Notes: a model not told the origin generated them from the letters alone. A DNA stretch of 64,000 nt from Candidatus Sericytochromatia bacterium (GCA_036676495.1 JAKFCT010000038.1:1-64000), one strand, 5' to 3'. Numbered from the stretch's first letter, positions 27,385-38,117 are shown. Program-made: numbers and translations.

Positions 27385-29478
27385 CTAGAGCGTGATGACG
27401 CCCAGGGAGCGCACGTCCAACGAAGGTGGAATCACCTCATTGTAGGCCATGACCGTCAAGTTGGGTAGTTTACGCTCGATCAGGCGCCTGAATACCAGGC
27501 GGACCTTGGAGGAGCACAGAACCACCGGCTGGTGCCCCTGTGCCATGAGGCGCTCGACGACTTCAGCGGCGTTGCGAACCAGCTTGCCCGCCGCTCCGGG
27601 CTCCAGGGCGACGAAGGCGCCCTGCTCGGTGTGTTGGATGGCGTTGCCGAGGATCATCTCGAGGTTGGGGTCGAGCGTGATGACCGGCAACGAGCCGTCC
27701 GGAGCGAGCACGGACTTGCAGATGGATCGCGCCAGCGCCTGGCGCGTGTGCTCGGTCAGCGTGTCGAGATCCTTGGTGAGGCGCGCATGGGTCGCGAGCG
27801 CCTCCATGACGGGCAGCAGGTCGCGGATGGAGACCCGCTCGGCCAGGAGGTTCTGCAGCACCCGCTGCACGTCTCCGATGCCGAGGAGATCCGGGACGAG
27901 TTCGCTCACGACCGCCGGCGACTCTTCCTTGAGGTTGTCCAGCAAGGCCTGGGTGTCCTGACGGGTGAGGATGTCGGGGGCATGCGCCTTGATCACCTCG
28001 GTGAGGTGCGTGGCGATGACCGAGGAGACGTCGAAGACGGTGTAGCCCGCCATCTCCGCGCGCTCCTTCTGATCCTCGGTGATCCAGACGGCAGGCAAAC
28101 CGAAGACCGGCTCGGTGGTGGGGATTCCCTCGATCTCCTCGATGGCCATGCCCACGTTCATCGCCATGTAGTGCTCGATGTGGACCTCTCCGCGCGCGAT
28201 CTCGACCCCGCGCAGGTTGATCCGGTACTCCTTGGGCTTCAGCTGCAGGTTGTCGCGGACGCGGATCGGCGGCAGGACCAGGCCCAGCTTGAGCGCCGTC
28301 TGGCGGCGGATCATGGTGACCCGCTCCAGGAGGTCTCCGCCCTGGGAGGCGTCGACGAGGGGGATCAGGCGGTAGCCGATCTCCAGCTCCATCGGGTCGA
28401 CCTTCAAGAGGCTCATGACGTTCTCGGGGCCCTTGGGAGTGGTATCCGGCGTCCCGGCAGCCGACTGCGCCGCCGCCGCGGCCCTCGTAGCCGCCTCCTT
28501 CTGGGTGCGCTGGAGCACGAAGGCCAGGGCCCCGACTCCGCATCCCACGATCATGAAGGGGAGGGTCGGGAGGCCCGGGATCACCGAGAGCCCCACCAGC
28601 ATGGCCGAGGCGATCATGAGGGGCTTGGGGTTGGAGATGACCTGCTTGGAGATGGCGGAGCCGAGGTTGTCGTCGGAGGCCGCCCGGCTGACCATGATGC
28701 CGGTGCCGGTCGAGATCAGCAGCGCCGGGATCTGGGTGACCAGGCCGTCGCCGATGGTGAGGAGCGTGTAGGTCGTCAGCGCCTGCGAGATCTCGATGCC
28801 GCGCTGGAAGACTCCGATCAGGATGCCCGCGACGATGTTGATGGCCGTGATGATCAGGCCCGCCACCGCGTCGCCCTTCACGAACTTCGAGGCGCCGTCC
28901 ATGGTGCCGTAGAAGTCCGACTCGCGCTGGATCTTCTTGCGCCGCTCCTTGGCCTGCTCCTCGTTGATGAGACCGGCGTTGAGGTCGGCGTCGATCGCCA
29001 TCTGCTTACCGGGCATGGCGTCCAGGGTGAAGCGGGCGGCGACCTCGGAGATGCGGCCCGCGCCGTTGGTGATGACCATGAACTGGATCACGATCAGGAT
29101 CAGGAAGATGATGACGCCGACCACGTAGTTGCCCTGAACCACGAAGTTGCCGAAGGCCTCGACGACGTGCCCCGCATCTCCCTCGCTGAGGATGAGGCGG
29201 GTGGTCGAGACGTTGAGCGCCAATCGGAACAGCGTCAGGATCAGCAGCAGCGACGGGAAGGTGTTGAACTCCACCGGCTCCATGACGTAGAGGGTGATGA
29301 GCAGCATCAGCAGCGAGCCCGTGATGTTGACCACCAGGAGCACGTCCAGCAGGCCCGCCGGGATGGGGATGATGAGCATCAGCACCACCGCCACCATCAT
29401 GACGGCGAGCACCATGTCGCTCTGCTTGAGGAGGCGGGTCAGCGCGGATTCGGCCTGGGGCACGGTCTGGGTTGCCAA
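27385..29478 (-). CDS. flhA: Flagellar export gate protein FlhA
   Basis: RISEVAARFTLDAMPGKQMAIDADL, FYGTMDGASKFVKGD, GYRLIPLVD. Confidence 0.97.
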   Translation of the reverse strand: MATQTVPQAESALTRLLKQSDMVLAVMMVAVVLMLIIPIPAGLLDVLLVVNITGSLLMLLITLYVMEPVEFNTFPSLLLILTLFRLALNVSTTRLILSEGDAGHVVEAFGNFVVQGNYVVGVIIFLILIVIQFMVITNGAGRISEVAARFTLDAMPGKQMAIDADLNAGLINEEQAKERRKKIQRESDFYGTMDGASKFVKGDAVAGLIITAINIVAGILIGVFQRGIEISQALTTYTLLTIGDGLVTQIPALLISTGTGIMVSRAASDDNLGSAISKQVISNPKPLMIASAMLVGLSVIPGLPTLPFMIVGCGVGALAFVLQRTQKEAATRAAAAAQSAAGTPDTTPKGPENVMSLLKVDPMELEIGYRLIPLVDASQGGDLLERVTMIRRQTALKLGLVLPPIRVRDNLQLKPKEYRINLRGVEIARGEVHIEHYMAMNVGMAIEEIEGIPTTEPVFGLPAVWITEDQKERAEMAGYTVFDVSSVIATHLTEVIKAHAPDILTRQDTQALLDNLKEESPAVVSELVPDLLGIGDVQRVLQNLLAERVSIRDLLPVMEALATHARLTKDLDTLTEHTRQALARSICKSVLAPDGSLPVITLDPNLEMILGNAIQHTEQGAFVALEPGAAGKLVRNAAEVVERLMAQGHQPVVLCSSKVRLVFRRLIERKLPNLTVMAYNEVIPPSLDVRSLGVITL

Positions 29479-29481
29479 AGC

Positions 29482-30543
29482 TTACGCCCCCACCTTTCGA
29501 TTCGCGCGCTGGACGGCGACCAGGATCTCGGCCACCGCCGCGTAGAGCTCGGGGGGAATCTCGTCCCCCACTTCGACTTGTTTATAGAGGGCCTGCGCGA
29601 TGGGCTTGTTCTCGATCATGGGCACTCCGGCCTCCTGGGCCACCTCGCGAATGCGCTTGGCGACCAGGTCGGTCCCCTTGGCCAGCACCACCGGAACCTC
29701 CATGGCGTCGCGCTCGTACTTGACCGCCACGGCGAAGTGCGTGGGGTTGGTGATGACCACCGACGCCTTGGGAACCTCGCTCATCATGCGCTGCTGGGCC
29801 ATCTTGCGCTGACGCTTCTTGATCTCGCTCTTGACCTCGGGGGAGCCTTCGGCCTGCTTCCACTCGTCCTTGACCTCCTGCTTGGTCATCTTGAGGCCCT
29901 TCTCCCATTCGAAGCGCTGGTAGGCGTAATCGACCAGGCCGAGGATGACCAGGGCCAGCATGACGCGCCAGGCGATGCTCCAGGCGGTGGTTCCGAGCAG
30001 GGTGCCCAGGCCCAAAAGGCCCGTGCCGTAGGCCGTGGCGAGCTCGACGTAGCGATCGCTGATCACCCCGTAACAGATCCAGCCGATCAAGGCGATCTTG
30101 GCCATGCCCTTGATCGCCTCGACCGTCGAGCGCAACGAGAAGAGGCGCTTGAGACCGTTGATCGGATTGAGCTTCTCCAGCTTCGGCTTGATCGTCTCGA
30201 AGGTCACGAGGTTGCCCACCTGGGCGTAGTTCACGGCAATGCCCACGATCAGCAAGGAGAGCAGAATGGGCGCCAGCGCGACGCCGACGGAGCTCGCGAT
30301 CTGGGCGGCCAGCAGCGTGAGGAGGTCGAGGGTGAGGTCCTGCTGAGGGAAGTGAGCGAGACGCTCGGTCATCATGTTTCTCAGGAGGGCGGCGATAGGC
30401 GGCCAGTTGAAGTAAAGCAAGACGCTCGCGGTCAAGAGCACCGCGGCGTTGTTCATGTCCGAGCTCTTCGCGATGTTGCCCTTCTTGCGGGCATCCGAAA
30501 TGCGCTTGGGTGTGGGTTTCTCGGTCTTCGAGGGATCCGCCAA
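29482..30543 (-). CDS. flhB: Flagellar export switch protein FlhB
   Basis: KTEKPTPKR, KMTKQEVKDE, NPTH cleavage motif. Confidence 0.96.
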   Translation of the reverse strand: MADPSKTEKPTPKRISDARKKGNIAKSSDMNNAAVLLTASVLLYFNWPPIAALLRNMMTERLAHFPQQDLTLDLLTLLAAQIASSVGVALAPILLSLLIVGIAVNYAQVGNLVTFETIKPKLEKLNPINGLKRLFSLRSTVEAIKGMAKIALIGWICYGVISDRYVELATAYGTGLLGLGTLLGTTAWSIAWRVMLALVILGLVDYAYQRFEWEKGLKMTKQEVKDEWKQAEGSPEVKSEIKKRQRKMAQQRMMSEVPKASVVITNPTHFAVAVKYERDAMEVPVVLAKGTDLVAKRIREVAQEAGVPMIENKPIAQALYKQVEVGDEIPPELYAAVAEILVAVQRANRKVGA

Positions 30544-30554
30544 GCCTTACCTCC

Positions 30555-31334
30555 TCACCGGAACATGCCCAACAGGCTGGGGCCGAACCGGTCGAAAACA
30601 ACCCTGAGATACCCCCCCAACAGGGGAAGCGTGGCCGCGAGCGTCACGAGCCCCAGCATGATCTTGACCGGAAAGCCCGCGACGAAGACGTTCATCTGCG
30701 GCATGATCCGGCTCATGATGGCCAGCGCCAGTTCCGCGAGCATCAAAACGCCGATCACCGGCAGCATGAGGGTCAAGGCCACGTCGAAGATCCCCGTAGT
30801 CGCCATGAGAACGTGCTCTATTATACCCCCCGATAGCCCGAATCCGCCCAAGGGGACCGCTTGAAAGGACTTCCAGACCCCCAAAAGCAGCCAGTGATGG
30901 CCGTTCATGGCCAAGAACGTGACCGTGGCCAGCTGGACGAAGAGCACGCCGAGCTGAGAGGTCTGGTTGCGGGTGTTGGGGTCGAGCATCATGCTCATGC
31001 CGAGGCCCATCTGCATGGCGATCATGTGGCCGGCCAGCTGGATGCCATGGAAGAGACACGAGGCCACGAAGCCCATGGTGACCCCGATGGCGAGCTCCGA
31101 GACCAGGGCGAAGGTCACGTCCAGCGGGCCCTCCATCGCGGGGGCCGACCAGTCGAGCGCGCTGGGAAAAACCAGGGCCGCCAGCAGGACGGCGAGACCG
31201 ACCCGGAACCGGACCGGCACGACGGCATTGCCGAAGACCGGCGCGATCAGGAAGATGCCTGAGAAGCGGGTGAGCACCAGGAGGAAAATCGCGAGGCCGT
31301 TCGGGGACAGGCCCAGAAGCGCGGCGAGATCCAT
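30555..31334 (-). CDS. fliR: Flagellar export protein FliR
   Basis: APVFG, QMGLG, RIMPQMNVF..GFPVK. Confidence 0.95.
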   Translation of the reverse strand: MDLAALLGLSPNGLAIFLLVLTRFSGIFLIAPVFGNAVVPVRFRVGLAVLLAALVFPSALDWSAPAMEGPLDVTFALVSELAIGVTMGFVASCLFHGIQLAGHMIAMQMGLGMSMMLDPNTRNQTSQLGVLFVQLATVTFLAMNGHHWLLLGVWKSFQAVPLGGFGLSGGIIEHVLMATTGIFDVALTLMLPVIGVLMLAELALAIMSRIMPQMNVFVAGFPVKIMLGLVTLAATLPLLGGYLRVVFDRFGPSLLGMFR

Positions 31335-31342
31335 CCCGCACC

Positions 31343-31612
31343 CTAATGCGCGTAGCGGGGGAGCTCGATCAGGATCGCCCGCATGAAGTCGAGCATGGTC
31401 CCCACCATCCAGGGTCCCAGCAAGAAGAGCACCAGCGCGCTGGCCACGATCTTGGGAATGAAGGTCAGCGTGGCCTCGTTGATCTGGGTCACCGCCTGGA
31501 AGATCGAGATCAGGAGGCCCACCACCAGGCTCACGGCGAGGACCGGTCCGGCGACGATGGCCATCAAGCCGAGGGCGCGCTGGGCGAGTTCGAAGAAGAC
31601 GGTCTCGTTCAT
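31343..31612 (-). CDS. fliQ: Flagellar export protein FliQ
   Basis: ISIFQAVTQINEATLTFIPK. Confidence 0.96.
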   Translation of the reverse strand: MNETVFFELAQRALGLMAIVAGPVLAVSLVVGLLISIFQAVTQINEATLTFIPKIVASALVLFLLGPWMVGTMLDFMRAILIELPRYAH

Positions 31613-31613
31613 C

Positions 31614-32342
31614 TTACTGGAAGCTCGAAACCAGGGCGCGGCTCAAGAGATGCCAGCCGTCGACCAGGACGAAGAGGATCAGCTTGAAGGGCAGCGAGAT
31701 CATGATCGGAGGCAGCATCATCATGCCCATGGACATCAGGATGCTGGCGACCACCATGTCGATCACCAGGAACGGCAGGTAGATGACGAAACCGATCTGG
31801 AAGGCGGTCTTGAGCTCCGAGATGATGAAGGCCGGGATCAGGACGTGGGTCGGGATGTCGTCGGGGCGGCGGGGCCGCTCCATCTTGGCCATGGAGACGA
31901 AGAGCGCGAGGTCCTTCTGACGGGTCTGCTTGAACATGAACTTGCGCAGCGGGCCCTGGGCCCGGTCGAGGGCGACCTGCTGCGTGATGGCTCCCTGCGC
32001 GTAGGGCTGCAAGGCCGTCTGGTTGATGTCTCCGATCACCGGGGCCATGACGAAGAAGGTCAGGAAGAGCGCAAGCCCGACGATCACCTGGTTGGGCGGC
32101 ATCATCTGGGTCCCGATGGCCTGGCGGACGAAGGAGAGGACGATGACGATGCGGGTGAAGCTCGTCATGAGCATGAGGATCGCCGGCGCCAGGGTGAGCA
32201 CCGTGAGCATGGCGAGGATCTGGAGGCTCGCCGCGACGTCCTGGGGTCGGTCCGTGAGCGGGATCTGGGGGACCTGAAGCTGGGCGTGGGCGGCTCCGGC
32301 GCTCAGGAGGAGAAGGGCGATCGCCCCAAGTACCTGCCTCAC
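31614..32342 (-). CDS. fliP: Flagellar export protein FliP
   Basis: MTSFTRIVIVL, PPNQV, SELKTAFQIGF, LPFKLILFVLVDGW. Confidence 0.97.
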   Translation of the reverse strand: MRQVLGAIALLLLSAGAAHAQLQVPQIPLTDRPQDVAASLQILAMLTVLTLAPAILMLMTSFTRIVIVLSFVRQAIGTQMMPPNQVIVGLALFLTFFVMAPVIGDINQTALQPYAQGAITQQVALDRAQGPLRKFMFKQTRQKDLALFVSMAKMERPRRPDDIPTHVLIPAFIISELKTAFQIGFVIYLPFLVIDMVVASILMSMGMMMLPPIMISLPFKLILFVLVDGWHLLSRALVSSFQ

Positions 32343-32899
32343 GCGCGCTCCCCCTTCTTTCGGATCATCACCTGGCGCAAGGTCGCATCCACCAGCGCAT
32401 CGAAGCCCTCTTGCTCGGTTTCGGCCTGGGCGAGGTGCGCCTCGAAGGCTTCCTTACCTTGCTCCGGGGAGAGCTCTCCCAGGGGCACGAGCATGTCCTT
32501 GCCGTTGGATCCGACGACCCAGACCCGGTCTCCGACCGAGACCAGATGGACCGTCTGGGCGCCGCGCAAATGGGTCGAGCCCAGGGCCCGGACCCGGAGG
32601 CCCGTCGAACCGGACGTGCCGACGCCGCCCGCGAGGGCGGGACCGCCCATGCGCTTGTAGACCCAGAAGACGCCATAGATCAGGCCGATGACTCCCCCGA
32701 ACTTGACCAGGAAGCCCAAGGCGTTTCCGGCCGAAGACGGGCGCTCCGTGGCGGGATCCTGGTACTCGGGGAGAAAGAAGGTGTCGCCGCTCGCGACGTC
32801 CGAGGAGTCGGGAAGCGAGGGTTCGGATGCGGTCTGGGCGAAGCTCGGAGAAACCCCGAGCGTGAGCAGCAGCGCGAGGAGGAGCAGGCTCCCGCGCAC
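32339..32899 (-). CDS. fliO: Flagellar biosynthesis protein FliO/FliZ
   Basis: Position between cheY and fliP; signal peptide, TM, then LRVRALGSTHL...VHLVSVGDRVWVVG; GTG start 32899. Confidence 0.75.
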   Translation of the reverse strand: MRGSLLLLALLLTLGVSPSFAQTASEPSLPDSSDVASGDTFFLPEYQDPATERPSSAGNALGFLVKFGGVIGLIYGVFWVYKRMGGPALAGGVGTSGSTGLRVRALGSTHLRGAQTVHLVSVGDRVWVVGSNGKDMLVPLGELSPEQGKEAFEAHLAQAETEQEGFDALVDATLRQVMIRKKGERA

Positions 32900-32900
32900 G

Positions 32901-33263
32901 CTATTTGAGCGCTTTGTTGACGGCGTCGATGACGCGCTCCGCATCGAAGGGCTTGACGATGAAATCCTTGGCACCCGATTGAATGGCCTCCAGCACCATG
33001 GCCTGCTGGCCCATCGCCGAGCAGACGATGATCCGAGCGTCCGGATCGAACTCCCGAATCTTCTTGATGGCCGTGATGCCGTCCATGTCCGGCATCGTGA
33101 TGTCCATCGTGACGAGGTTGACCTTGATCTTCTTGTAGAGGTCGACGGCATCCGCCCCATTGGCCGCCTCGGCAACCACCGAGAAGCCGTTCTGGGTGAG
33201 GATATCCTTCAACATGAGGCGCATGAAGGCCGCATCATCGACCACTAGAATGTTCTTGGTCAA
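32901..33263 (-). CDS. cheY: Chemotaxis response regulator CheY
   Basis: ILVVDDAAFMR, MDITMP, CSAMGQQAMV, FIVKPF. Confidence 0.96.
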   Translation of the reverse strand: MTKNILVVDDAAFMRLMLKDILTQNGFSVVAEAANGADAVDLYKKIKVNLVTMDITMPDMDGITAIKKIREFDPDARIIVCSAMGQQAMVLEAIQSGAKDFIVKPFDAERVIDAVNKALK

Positions 33264-33275
33264 GAGTTCCTCTCT

Positions 33276-34412
33276 TTAGGCACGGAACGAGCTGAAACGC
33301 TCGGCAGGGCTGACGATGTCCGTGACCCGCACGCCGAAGTTCTCGTCGATGACGACGACCTCCCCACGGGCAATCAATTTTCCGTTGACGAGCAAGTCTA
33401 CTGGCTCGCCTGCGAGTTTGTCAAGCTCAACCACAGAGCCCTTCCCCAGCTCCAGGACGTCCCGGATCTGCATGCGGGTGCGCCCGAGCTCGACGGTCAC
33501 CTTGAGGGGCACGTCCAGGATCAGGTCCAAGCCGCTCTGGGTCGCCGAAGCGGCGGCCGGGGCCAAGGGAGCGAACTGCACGGTCTGGGCTGCGGGCTGC
33601 GGAGCCATCGTCTTGGCGACGGCGGGCATGGCGGCCGCGGGCGCTGCGACGGGCGCAGCAGGAGCCATCGGCTGCGCCACGGGAGCCGGCGCTTGGACCG
33701 GGGCCGGCGCGGGCGCCGGAGCAGGAGCCGTCGTGCTCTGCGGCTGGTTGGCGGCAGGCGCGGGAGGCGCCGGCTGAACCGTCTTCTCCGCCTGCTGCGG
33801 AGCGTCTCCCTGGCCTCCGGAGACCTGGGAGGCCAGACTCTCCGCCCCCATGCCGGAGTACACCTGGATCAAGTAGGACTCGACCAGACCCTCGATGCTC
33901 AGCCGATAGGTGAGCGCCACCAGGACACCCTCATCGAACGAGGCCCCGAGCGTCAGGTCATCCGGGTGGTCCACCACCTGGGCCTGGGGAGGCGAGATCT
34001 CGAACTTCTTGCCGTAGGTCGTGCTCATGGCGTTGGCGGCCATGCCCATCATCTGGTTGATGGCCTCGGAGATGGCCGAGAGCTGGAGATCGTCGATGAC
34101 CGTGGACGGAGGCTGGCCCTCGCCCCCCATCATCAGATCCGTGATGATGGCGGTGTCCGCCTGGGTCAGCATGAAGTACATCTCGAAGCTCGTGCCGAAG
34201 CGGCAAGGAACCTCGATGGCCACCGCCGGATCCTTGAGCACTCCTCCCAGCTCCGCGACGGAGAGGACGGAGACCTCCGGCTGGGTGATGCTCACCTGCT
34301 TGTTCAACAGGATGGACAGGGTCGAGGCCCCGGCCGTCAGTGCAACCGACCCACTTTCGACGAGGGCTTGCCCCATCTCAGGGGGCAACGCGCCACCCGG
34401 CTCGATCATCAT
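33276..34412 (-). CDS. fliY: Flagellar switch protein FliY (CheC-like + FliN domain)
   Basis: [13 protein letters not shown]; C-terminal [18 protein letters not shown]...[15 protein letters not shown]. Confidence 0.9.
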   Translation of the reverse strand: MMIEPGGALPPEMGQALVESGSVALTAGASTLSILLNKQVSITQPEVSVLSVAELGGVLKDPAVAIEVPCRFGTSFEMYFMLTQADTAIITDLMMGGEGQPPSTVIDDLQLSAISEAINQMMGMAANAMSTTYGKKFEISPPQAQVVDHPDDLTLGASFDEGVLVALTYRLSIEGLVESYLIQVYSGMGAESLASQVSGGQGDAPQQAEKTVQPAPPAPAANQPQSTTAPAPAPAPAPVQAPAPVAQPMAPAAPVAAPAAAMPAVAKTMAPQPAAQTVQFAPLAPAAASATQSGLDLILDVPLKVTVELGRTRMQIRDVLELGKGSVVELDKLAGEPVDLLVNGKLIARGEVVVIDENFGVRVTDIVSPAERFSSFRA

Positions 34413-35437
34413 TCCTCCCCTTCCTTGTCATCCAAGACTTCACTGATCTGGATGGCCATCTTGTTTCTAACCGTTCCCGGACGCCCCGTGAACTTGCGCC
34501 GCTCGCCGACCAGAACGGCGAGGTCGTCTCCCACTGAGGCATCCAGGGTGAGCACATCTCCGACTGTCAAGGATAGCACGTCCTCCACGGAAACGACGCT
34601 CTCTCCCAAGACCACCTGAACGGGCACCTGGGTGGCGACCACCCGATCCTTGAGGCCCACGCGGTGGGACTCGCTCTGCGATTGCCGGGCCGTCGCGAAC
34701 ATCGCCTGGGCCGAGATCTTGCCCATGATGGGCTCGAGCATGATGTAAGGGATGCAGAGCGAGAGAGGGCCCGTATTCTCGCCGAACTTCGCCTCGAACG
34801 TGATCAGCACGATCGGATCGGAAGGCGGCACGATCTGGATGAAGCGCGGGTTCATCTCCAGGGTCTCGAGCTTGGGCGAGAAGTTGATGACGTTCTGCCA
34901 GGCCTCGGAGAGCGCGCTCAGAATGCGCAAGGTGACGCTGGAGATGAGCGTCCGCTCGATGTCGGTGAGGTCCCGGCGAATCCGGGTCACCCGCCCCGGT
35001 CCGCCCAGCATGCGGTCGATGATGGCGGAGGTCAGGTCGATGTTCACCTCGAAGAGCGCCGTGCCGACCAGGGGCTCCATCGAGAAGACGTTGAGGATGG
35101 TCGGCGAGGGCAGCGAGCGGGAGTACTCGTCGAAGGTCAACTGCTCGACCGAGACCACCTCCACCTGCACCAGCATCCGGAGCTGGCCCGAGAGCGTGGT
35201 GCTCAGGATCCGCGCGAAGGCCTCGTGGATCATCGAGAGCGTGCGGATATGATCCTTCGAGAACTTGTTCTGGCGCTTGAAGTCGTAGACCTTGATCGTC
35301 CGCTTGACGCTCTCTTCCTCGGGCATCGTCGCGAGCGGCGAGGCGCTCGAAGAGGCCGGCTTGTCAGGCGCAAGCTCACCGCTCGAAAGAGCGGCGAGCA
35401 GCAGGTCGATTTCGGATTGTGAGAGGATCTCGGCCAA
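34409..35437 (-). CDS. fliM: Flagellar switch protein FliM
   Basis: [28 protein letters not shown]. Confidence 0.95.
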   Translation of the reverse strand: MAEILSQSEIDLLLAALSSGELAPDKPASSSASPLATMPEEESVKRTIKVYDFKRQNKFSKDHIRTLSMIHEAFARILSTTLSGQLRMLVQVEVVSVEQLTFDEYSRSLPSPTILNVFSMEPLVGTALFEVNIDLTSAIIDRMLGGPGRVTRIRRDLTDIERTLISSVTLRILSALSEAWQNVINFSPKLETLEMNPRFIQIVPPSDPIVLITFEAKFGENTGPLSLCIPYIMLEPIMGKISAQAMFATARQSQSESHRVGLKDRVVATQVPVQVVLGESVVSVEDVLSLTVGDVLTLDASVGDDLAVLVGERRKFTGRPGTVRNKMAIQISEVLDDKEGEE

Positions 35438-35466
35438 CGGCCACCTCGCTTACTGGTAAAAGACGC

Positions 35467-36021
35467 TTACTGGATAACGAAGTCGGTGAAGTAGACGTCC
35501 ATCACGGTCTTGCCGGGGACCCGCTGGTTGAGGGCGGCCTTGAGTTCTTCCTTGAGGGTGTTGCGGCCCCCGGGAGCGTTGATCGCGGCCACCGTCTGGC
35601 GGGCCAGCGTCGTGATGATGGCATCCTTGTACAGGGGCTCGTACGGAGCCATCTCCGCCTTGATCGCCGCCGAGGCATCGGCCCCGCCGCCATGGTCCCC
35701 CGAGCCGCCCTTGCCCGAGGCGTGCTTGTCGTCGCCGGCCACGCCCATCTGCAGCACCACGCTCGTCTTCAAGTAGCGCCGGCCCGGATCGGAGAGGTTG
35801 ACGATGAACTCGCCCACCGGATAAACCGGCCCCATGACAGGTTCCTTCGGGTCGGCCTTCTCGCCCTCGACCTCCTGGATATGCTTCTCCACGATGATCT
35901 GCTGGGGCATGGCGAGGCGGATCGCGACAAACGAACTGACGCCCGAAATTACGGCGATGACGACCGCCAAGACGACCAGCTTGATGTTCAAGCCGTTTCC
36001 GCCCGGTTGATTATTGGCCAT
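35467..36021 (-). CDS. fliL: Flagellar basal body-associated FliL
   Basis: Single TM; EFIVNL, RYLK, VYFTDFVIQ. Confidence 0.92.
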   Translation of the reverse strand: MANNQPGGNGLNIKLVVLAVVIAVISGVSSFVAIRLAMPQQIIVEKHIQEVEGEKADPKEPVMGPVYPVGEFIVNLSDPGRRYLKTSVVLQMGVAGDDKHASGKGGSGDHGGGADASAAIKAEMAPYEPLYKDAIITTLARQTVAAINAPGGRNTLKEELKAALNQRVPGKTVMDVYFTDFVIQ

Positions 36022-36817
36022 GGGATCTGGGAGCCTCCTGATGCGTCGAAACCTTCGCGCCTTGCGGTTCCTGGCCGGTCAATGCCGAGCGCAGGACCAC
36101 GATGTCAACCCTCCGGTTGAGCGCGCGATTGGCTTCCGTGGTGTTTCGAACCCGTGGGTAGTATTCCCCGTACCCTGCCGCCGATAACCGCGACGGGGGG
36201 AAATCATGGCGTTCCACCAGGAACCGGACCAGCGTGGTGGCACGCACGGCCGACAGCTCCCAGTTGGAAGGATAGCGCCACGTGCGGATCGGGGTGTTAT
36301 CGGTATGCCCCTCGATCCTCACGTAATGCGGATCCGCCTTGAGCACCCGAGCCACCCGATCCATGACCGGAACGATCTCGGGCCGCAACGCGGCCTCGCC
36401 CTGCGCGAAGAAGGCCGTGTTGGAGATCGAGACCACCAGGCCCCGCTGCTCCATCCGCGTGGTAATTTCCTGCTCCAGGCCCTCCTCCCGGGCCAAGGTA
36501 TCGATCTGCTTCTCAAGCTGCGTCAGCGACAGCTGCTCCGCCTGCATGAACGGCATGGGCACCACCGTGTCGTTCTCGCCGCCGTCTCCGATGACGTGCG
36601 GGGTCTTCCCCGCCCCCTCGATGGGAACGTAGCGGATCGACGTCTGGAGCGATTTCTTGAGCTCCTCGTACTTGGCCTTGTCCACCTGACTCAAGGCGTA
36701 CATGATCACGAAGAAGACCAGGAGCAGCGTGATGAGATCGGCATAGGTGATGAGCCAGCGCTCCGAAGCGCCGTGCCCGCCGCCTTGATGGCGCCCCCTC
36801 CGCCGCGACCCCGCCAT
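36011..36817 (-). CDS. motB: Stator subunit MotB
   Basis: WLITYADLITLLL; OmpA-like IEGHTD, NWELSAVRA, NRRVDI. Confidence 0.95.
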   Translation of the reverse strand: MAGSRRRGRHQGGGHGASERWLITYADLITLLLVFFVIMYALSQVDKAKYEELKKSLQTSIRYVPIEGAGKTPHVIGDGGENDTVVPMPFMQAEQLSLTQLEKQIDTLAREEGLEQEITTRMEQRGLVVSISNTAFFAQGEAALRPEIVPVMDRVARVLKADPHYVRIEGHTDNTPIRTWRYPSNWELSAVRATTLVRFLVERHDFPPSRLSAAGYGEYYPRVRNTTEANRALNRRVDIVVLRSALTGQEPQGAKVSTHQEAPRSHGQ

Positions 36818-36819
36818 GG

Positions 36820-37602
36820 CTACCTGACGGCCTCTTCGGCCTGCAAGCCACCGCGAAGCTTCGGAGCCAGGAAGCCCTTGAGCTTGTCTTCCACGATCTG
36901 CGGATTCTCACCCGCCTGGATGGCCAGGATTCCCGTCACCATCATCTCGCGAGCCAGGATCTCCTCTTCGGAGCGGCGCTTCAGCTTGGTGGCCAGGGGA
37001 AGCCAAAGCAAGTTGGCGGTCCAGACCCCGTAAAGGGTGGCCACGAAGGCGACGGCGATCGCCGAGCCCAGCTTCGACGGCTCGCTCAGGTTGCCCAGCA
37101 CGTGAATCAGCCCCATGACCGTCCCGATGATGCCCATGGTCGGAGCGTAGCCCCCCATCGCCTCCAGGATCCCGAAGGAAGCCGCGTGCCGGCTCGCGAT
37201 GAAGGTCAACTCCGTCTCCAGCAGCTCCCGAACCGTGTGGGCGTCGATCCCGTCGGCGACCATCTGCAGCCCCTTGCGAAGGAACTCGTCATCCGCTCCG
37301 GCGAGCTCCGACTCCAGGGCCAGCAGGCCCTCGCGCCGCGCCTTGTCCGCATAGGTCGAGAGCTGGGGAATCAAGGCCGCCGGATCATAAGGGTTCTTCT
37401 GGAACGTCAAGGCGATGATCCGCGGCAGGTTGAGCACGTCCTTCAAGGGGAAGGAGATGAACGTCGCCCCGAGGGTGCCGCCCACCACGATCAGAAACGC
37501 GGTGAGCTGCCAAAGGCTCGAGAGGTGGCCCCCCTCCAGGGAGTTGGCCACGAACATCACTCCCCAGCCCACGAGCAAGCCAATCAGCGTTGCGAGTTCC
37601 AT
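36820..37602 (-). CDS. motA: Stator subunit MotA
   Basis: ARREGLLALE, GGYAPTMGIIGTVMGL, AFVATLYG. Confidence 0.96.
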   Translation of the reverse strand: MELATLIGLLVGWGVMFVANSLEGGHLSSLWQLTAFLIVVGGTLGATFISFPLKDVLNLPRIIALTFQKNPYDPAALIPQLSTYADKARREGLLALESELAGADDEFLRKGLQMVADGIDAHTVRELLETELTFIASRHAASFGILEAMGGYAPTMGIIGTVMGLIHVLGNLSEPSKLGSAIAVAFVATLYGVWTANLLWLPLATKLKRRSEEEILAREMMVTGILAIQAGENPQIVEDKLKGFLAPKLRGGLQAEEAVR

Positions 37603-37605
37603 GCG

Positions 37606-37821
37606 CTAGTCCCTTCCCCCGTCGGTCACGTTCCGGACTCCCGGATGGCAGCGCCGCCGGTAAGCCTCGATTCGCTCGAGAAGCTCGTCGATCGACTCCT
37701 TGACCACGAAGCGATGCTCGTTGGTCAGGGTCACGATGGTATCGGGCCGCTCCTCGATGGTCTCGATCAGATCGGCGTTGAGCACCAACTCCGAACCATT
37801 CAGCCGGGTCACCTTGATCAC
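37606..37821 (-). CDS. flbD: FlbD/SwrD-family flagellar protein
   Basis: MIKVTRLNG..LVLNADLIETIE..PDT. Confidence 0.92.
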   Translation of the reverse strand: MIKVTRLNGSELVLNADLIETIEERPDTIVTLTNEHRFVVKESIDELLERIEAYRRRCHPGVRNVTDGGRD

Positions 37822-38117
37822 GGTTTGCCCCCCTTGTCCTTTGCCGCGCCGCGGGCGCTGTCCACCCGCCGGACCCAGACCAGGACCTCGGCCACCACCG
37901 GGTACAACTCGGCGGGAATCTGCTCTCCCAGGTCCAGCGCCGCCAGCGCCGAGACCAGGCCCGGATTCTCCTGGATCGCGACGCCGGCCTCGCGGGCCGT
38001 CTCCACGATCCGCTCCGCGACCCGGCCGGAACCCTTGGCGACGACCTCCGGGGCCTCGTCCGCTCCGTCGTCGTAGCGAAGGGCGACCGCCTTCTTCGGA
38101 GGCTTCGCGTCACTCAT
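37818..38117 (-). CDS. FlhB C-terminal-only paralog (FlhX/YlqH-like)
   Basis: AVALRYD..APEVVAKG, IPAELYPVVAEVL; no TM, no NPTH; ATGA overlap with upstream gene. Confidence 0.9.
   Translation of the reverse strand: MSDAKPPKKAVALRYDDGADEAPEVVAKGSGRVAERIVETAREAGVAIQENPGLVSALAALDLGEQIPAELYPVVAEVLVWVRRVDSARGAAKDKGGKP

Noticed and set aside
27532-30864. 1110-aa + strand ORF
   Set aside because: Antisense shadow of flhA/flhB/fliR
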